64,000 nt of DNA. Source: a bacterium. GTDB lineage: Bacteria > Planctomycetota > UBA8108 > UBA1146. Location of the stretch: contig JAPOLY010000002.1 in assembly GCA_029976805.1 (NCBI GenBank), positions 23,502-87,501 of the forward strand, read 5' to 3'. Positions 61,567-64,000 of the stretch are shown here, in pieces. The position numbers and the translations under genes are program-made. Numbering within the stretch: position 1 is the first letter of the stretch; each line of letters begins with the position of its first letter. The notes below the pieces were generated by a model. That model had not been told where the DNA came from. It made no database searches and was given only the letters and a program-made list of their open reading frames with translations.

Positions 61567-62748
61567 CTAGATACGGAACTCTTCGGGAACCGAAAAGTTT
61601 TCATGGATTTCGTTCTTCCCCGTGAGGGAATCCACCAGCCATTCGGCAGTTTTGGGGCCAATCAGAAGACCCGTTCGGTAATGTCCGGATGCAATCCACA
61701 GAGTGCGTCCAATATCGATGGGCCCCATCAGAGGGCCGCCGTGTCTCAGGGATTTGGGACGAAGACCTGCCCAATGACGGACGATCCGGCTTTCCACCCC
61801 TGAACCGAAAAAGGAGATCGCCGCCTCGATCAGGCGCGCACGCCCGGTGGCCGTCGGTTCCGGCAGAGTTTCTTTTCCTTCACCGGTATCCCCCACACTG
61901 TTACCGAACCACGAGGAGCCTCCGGGCCCCGGTATCCATGAGAATCGACTGCGATTGCCTGAAGGATCATCCACGTCTGCCAGCTTTGCATCAAAGGTCA
62001 CGATGTGAGGAGGAGCGGGAATGTCGAGGGCGATCGCTTCACCCCTTACGGGTTTGAGCGGCAAGGGTTTGACCAGAGCCGGATTGATCAAAGCGGAAGT
62101 TTCCCATCCGGCGGACAAAACCAGAGGGTTTTTTTCATCGATAGGAGGGAGGGGAGTCTCCAGAGAAGATCTCACAATCCTGTGGCCCTCTTCGATGCCC
62201 AGCGAAATTTCCCCGAGATCATCGGTAATCTCCACACCCATTCCCAAACAGGAGCGTCTCAATGCTTCCATCAATCCGTCAGGGTCAACGACCGCTTGAT
62301 GCTCTATGTAGAGTCCAGCCTGAGGTTCCCTGTGCATTTCCGGGAGAAGCCGCTGCAATTCCTGCTGATCGAGAACCCGAACATTTCCTCCGGAACCATG
62401 GAGTTTCTCCAAAGCTCTGTGCGGATCCTGAACCGTGCGGTCCCGCAGATCCAACCCCCCACAAATTCTGAATCCACAATCGACCCCCCCACTTTCATCC
62501 TTGAGCTGTTCAGCCAACTGCGGCCACTCCTCCCAGCTCTGGTGACGCAAATCAAGATAGGGAGAACGACGGTGTTCCGGGGCCTTGAGCACTCCTGTGG
62601 CAGCATGGGAGCAACTTGTACCGAAACTGCGGGAATCGAGAACCCGAACCGGAAGACCCCTCAGGCGTGCTTGTCTGGCGACAGAGAGGCCGATGACTCC
62701 AGCTCCAAGAATCGTCAGGCTTTGCAGTTTCATCCCTGTTCCTTGCAT
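61567..62748 (-). CDS. FAD-dependent oxidoreductase (DAO family, glycine oxidase ThiO-like)
   Basis: Dinucleotide motif ILGAGVIGLSVA and C-terminal SGHYRTGLLIGPKTA. Confidence 0.75.
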   Translation of the reverse strand: MQGTGMKLQSLTILGAGVIGLSVARQARLRGLPVRVLDSRSFGTSCSHAATGVLKAPEHRRSPYLDLRHQSWEEWPQLAEQLKDESGGVDCGFRICGGLDLRDRTVQDPHRALEKLHGSGGNVRVLDQQELQRLLPEMHREPQAGLYIEHQAVVDPDGLMEALRRSCLGMGVEITDDLGEISLGIEEGHRIVRSSLETPLPPIDEKNPLVLSAGWETSALINPALVKPLPLKPVRGEAIALDIPAPPHIVTFDAKLADVDDPSGNRSRFSWIPGPGGSSWFGNSVGDTGEGKETLPEPTATGRARLIEAAISFFGSGVESRIVRHWAGLRPKSLRHGGPLMGPIDIGRTLWIASGHYRTGLLIGPKTAEWLVDSLTGKNEIHENFSVPEEFRI

Positions 62749-62843
62749 TTACTCACGCATCGAATCGCGATCGACTAGGGGGTACAATCGTAACCAGTCG
62801 TTACAAAGTGAATAATACCTCAAGGAACGACGGAGGAGGCCGT

Positions 62844-64000
62844 GTGATTCGTTGGATTCTCATTCTGCCGGTCTTTTTTCAAGCGTCATATACTGGCCAG
62901 TTCTACCTTTCTGCCCAAGCCGTGAATGATGAATGTTTTCAGGCGACAATTATTGGTGAGGGCATCCACTCCATCGACACCACTCAGGCCACCACGGGTA
63001 CCGATCCCGTACCGGTCGACACTTGCCCGGGAACCGCGCTCGGTGAGGTGCTTTTTGATGTCTGGTATTCATTTGAAGTCCCCGAGTCGGGACTGATGAC
63101 GATCACGACCTGCGATACCGTCAACTTTGATACGGATGTCATCGTCTACAATGGAACCTGCGACAATCTGTCACCGCTGGCTTGCCATGGAGATTCCCCT
63201 TCCTGTCTGGTTCAGGGAACCGGCAACTCCTGGAACACCGTTCTCGCCGATGTTCCCGTGACCTCCGGGGAGACACTTTTAATCCGAATCGGCGGCTACG
63301 GAAATCAGGATCTGGGAATCGGCACTTTCGAGCTCAGTCTTGCCCCGCCGCCGCCACCACCGCCACCGGCGATTCCCCATGACGATTGCTCCGATGCCCG
63401 GCCAGCAACTGTGGGACTCAATCCCCTGGAAACCACGGGCGGAAGCACCAGCCCTGAGCCCTACTCATCCATCACCGGCTGCAGTGCCCTCGGACAAATG
63501 CAGGCAGATGTCTGGTTTCGCTGGGTCAGCCCAGAGGATGGAGTGATCCATCTGAGGACCTGTGAGATCGTCGACTTCGACACCGATCTCGTCGTCTACA
63601 CCGGAGAGTGCGATGATCTGAGTCAACGCGCCTGCAGTGGAGACGAGTCCAGTTGCACCCTCTCGGGAACCGGGATGCCTTCATACAACTCGCGTATCGA
63701 AAACCTCTCCGTCTTTGCTGGAGAGGTCCTCCACTTTCGAGTGGGTGGATGGGGTCCCAACGACTTCGGTTCCGGCGACCTGCTTCTCGAACTTGAAGTG
63801 GATGTAATTTCAGCCCTCGTTGGGTCCTCAGAACCTGGATCCTGGGAATTGAATGTCGAGGCAGAACTCTCCGGGGCCTGTGACGCACTGTTGTTTTCAA
63901 CCACAGGCTCGGAACTTCTCGTCAACGGTCCCTTCACAGCAGGCGAGGTGGTGACAGCAATGCTACCGACCACCGCTTCTCCGGGATTCATCGATTTCTG
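62844..64000 (+). CDS. Secreted protein with two tandem six-Cys domains joined by a poly-Pro linker (3' end outside the window; not in the ORF track)
   Basis: GTG at 62844 preceded by GGAGGAGG. The frame is open to the window end. Translation VIRWILILPVFFQASYTGQFYLSAQA (signal), then NDECFQAT...IRIGGYGNQDLGIGTFELSL, APPPPPPPPA, and HDDCSDAR...FRVGGWGPNDFGSGDLLLELEV. Confidence 0.75.
   Translation, partial: MIRWILILPVFFQASYTGQFYLSAQAVNDECFQATIIGEGIHSIDTTQATTGTDPVPVDTCPGTALGEVLFDVWYSFEVPESGLMTITTCDTVNFDTDVIVYNGTCDNLSPLACHGDSPSCLVQGTGNSWNTVLADVPVTSGETLLIRIGGYGNQDLGIGTFELSLAPPPPPPPPAIPHDDCSDARPATVGLNPLETTGGSTSPEPYSSITGCSALGQMQADVWFRWVSPEDGVIHLRTCEIVDFDTDLVVYTGECDDLSQRACSGDESSCTLSGTGMPSYNSRIENLSVFAGEVLHFRVGGWGPNDFGSGDLLLELEVDVISALVGSSEPGSWELNVEAELSGACDALLFSTTGSELLVNGPFTAGEVVTAMLPTTASPGFIDF

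Noticed and set aside
63342-63371. CCG/CCA-rich microsatellite-like tract
   Set aside because: It is an in-frame poly-proline linker (APPPPPPPPA) between two protein domains, not an independent repeat element.
1-64000. Search for rRNA, tRNA, tmRNA, transposases, integrases, phage genes, toxin-antitoxin pairs or known defence systems
   Set aside because: None were recognised. Apart from 42135..42682 the intergenic regions are short, and that spacer shows no tRNA-like cloverleaf. The UvrD/PD-(D/E)XK pair is best explained as AddAB-type repair rather than a defence module.

Overview
Densely coding chromosomal segment, moderately GC-rich by eye. I found no rRNA, tRNA, CRISPR array, transposase or integrase. 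Many secreted proteins carry FIRGD...PFP dockerin-like modules, cohesin-like modules or FG-GAP modules, which suggests a Planctomycetota/PVC-type genome (inference only). Gene order: (1) 3' end of an OleC-like adenylating enzyme, an OleD-like reductase and an Sfp-type PPTase; (2) secreted cohesin/dockerin proteins flanking aconitase; (3) housekeeping genes (PAC2-like, UbiA-family prenyltransferase, queG, CPBP protease, rhodanese, two SDRs, CvpA, DUF885); (4) an operon encoding a fused 4Fe-4S/NrfD-like membrane protein, a molybdopterin oxidoreductase with no Tat signal, miaE and an SDR; (5) an AddB-like/AddA-like helicase-nuclease pair; (6) an FG-GAP/Cys-repeat/dockerin protein; (7) eight tandem, translationally coupled, secreted amidohydrolase-fold paralogs (29.8-42.1 kb), of which only one keeps the HxH metal motif; (8) pdxS-pdxT, a KAS with a large insertion, a secreted thioredoxin-like protein and a CcoG/NapH-like 4Fe-4S membrane protein; (9) a metal-homeostasis island (49.1-60.3 kb) holding an ABC-2 exporter, a ferritin-like protein, a DtxR-family regulator, feoA, a porin, an FMN-binding/ApbE fusion, feoB, a small FeoB-associated Cys-rich ORF and a TlpA-like thiol-disulfide oxidoreductase. 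In that last gene the first Cys codon of the CxxC motif is an in-frame TGA followed by a SECIS-like hairpin, so it is a candidate selenoprotein that the ORF track splits in two. A 16-bp palindrome GTTTGGSNNSCCAAAC occurs three times in promoter regions of this island. (10) a methyltransferase, an FAD oxidoreductase and a GTG-initiated secreted protein that runs off the 3' edge and is absent from the ORF track. All functional calls rest on motif recognition in the translated ORFs. No database search was run.
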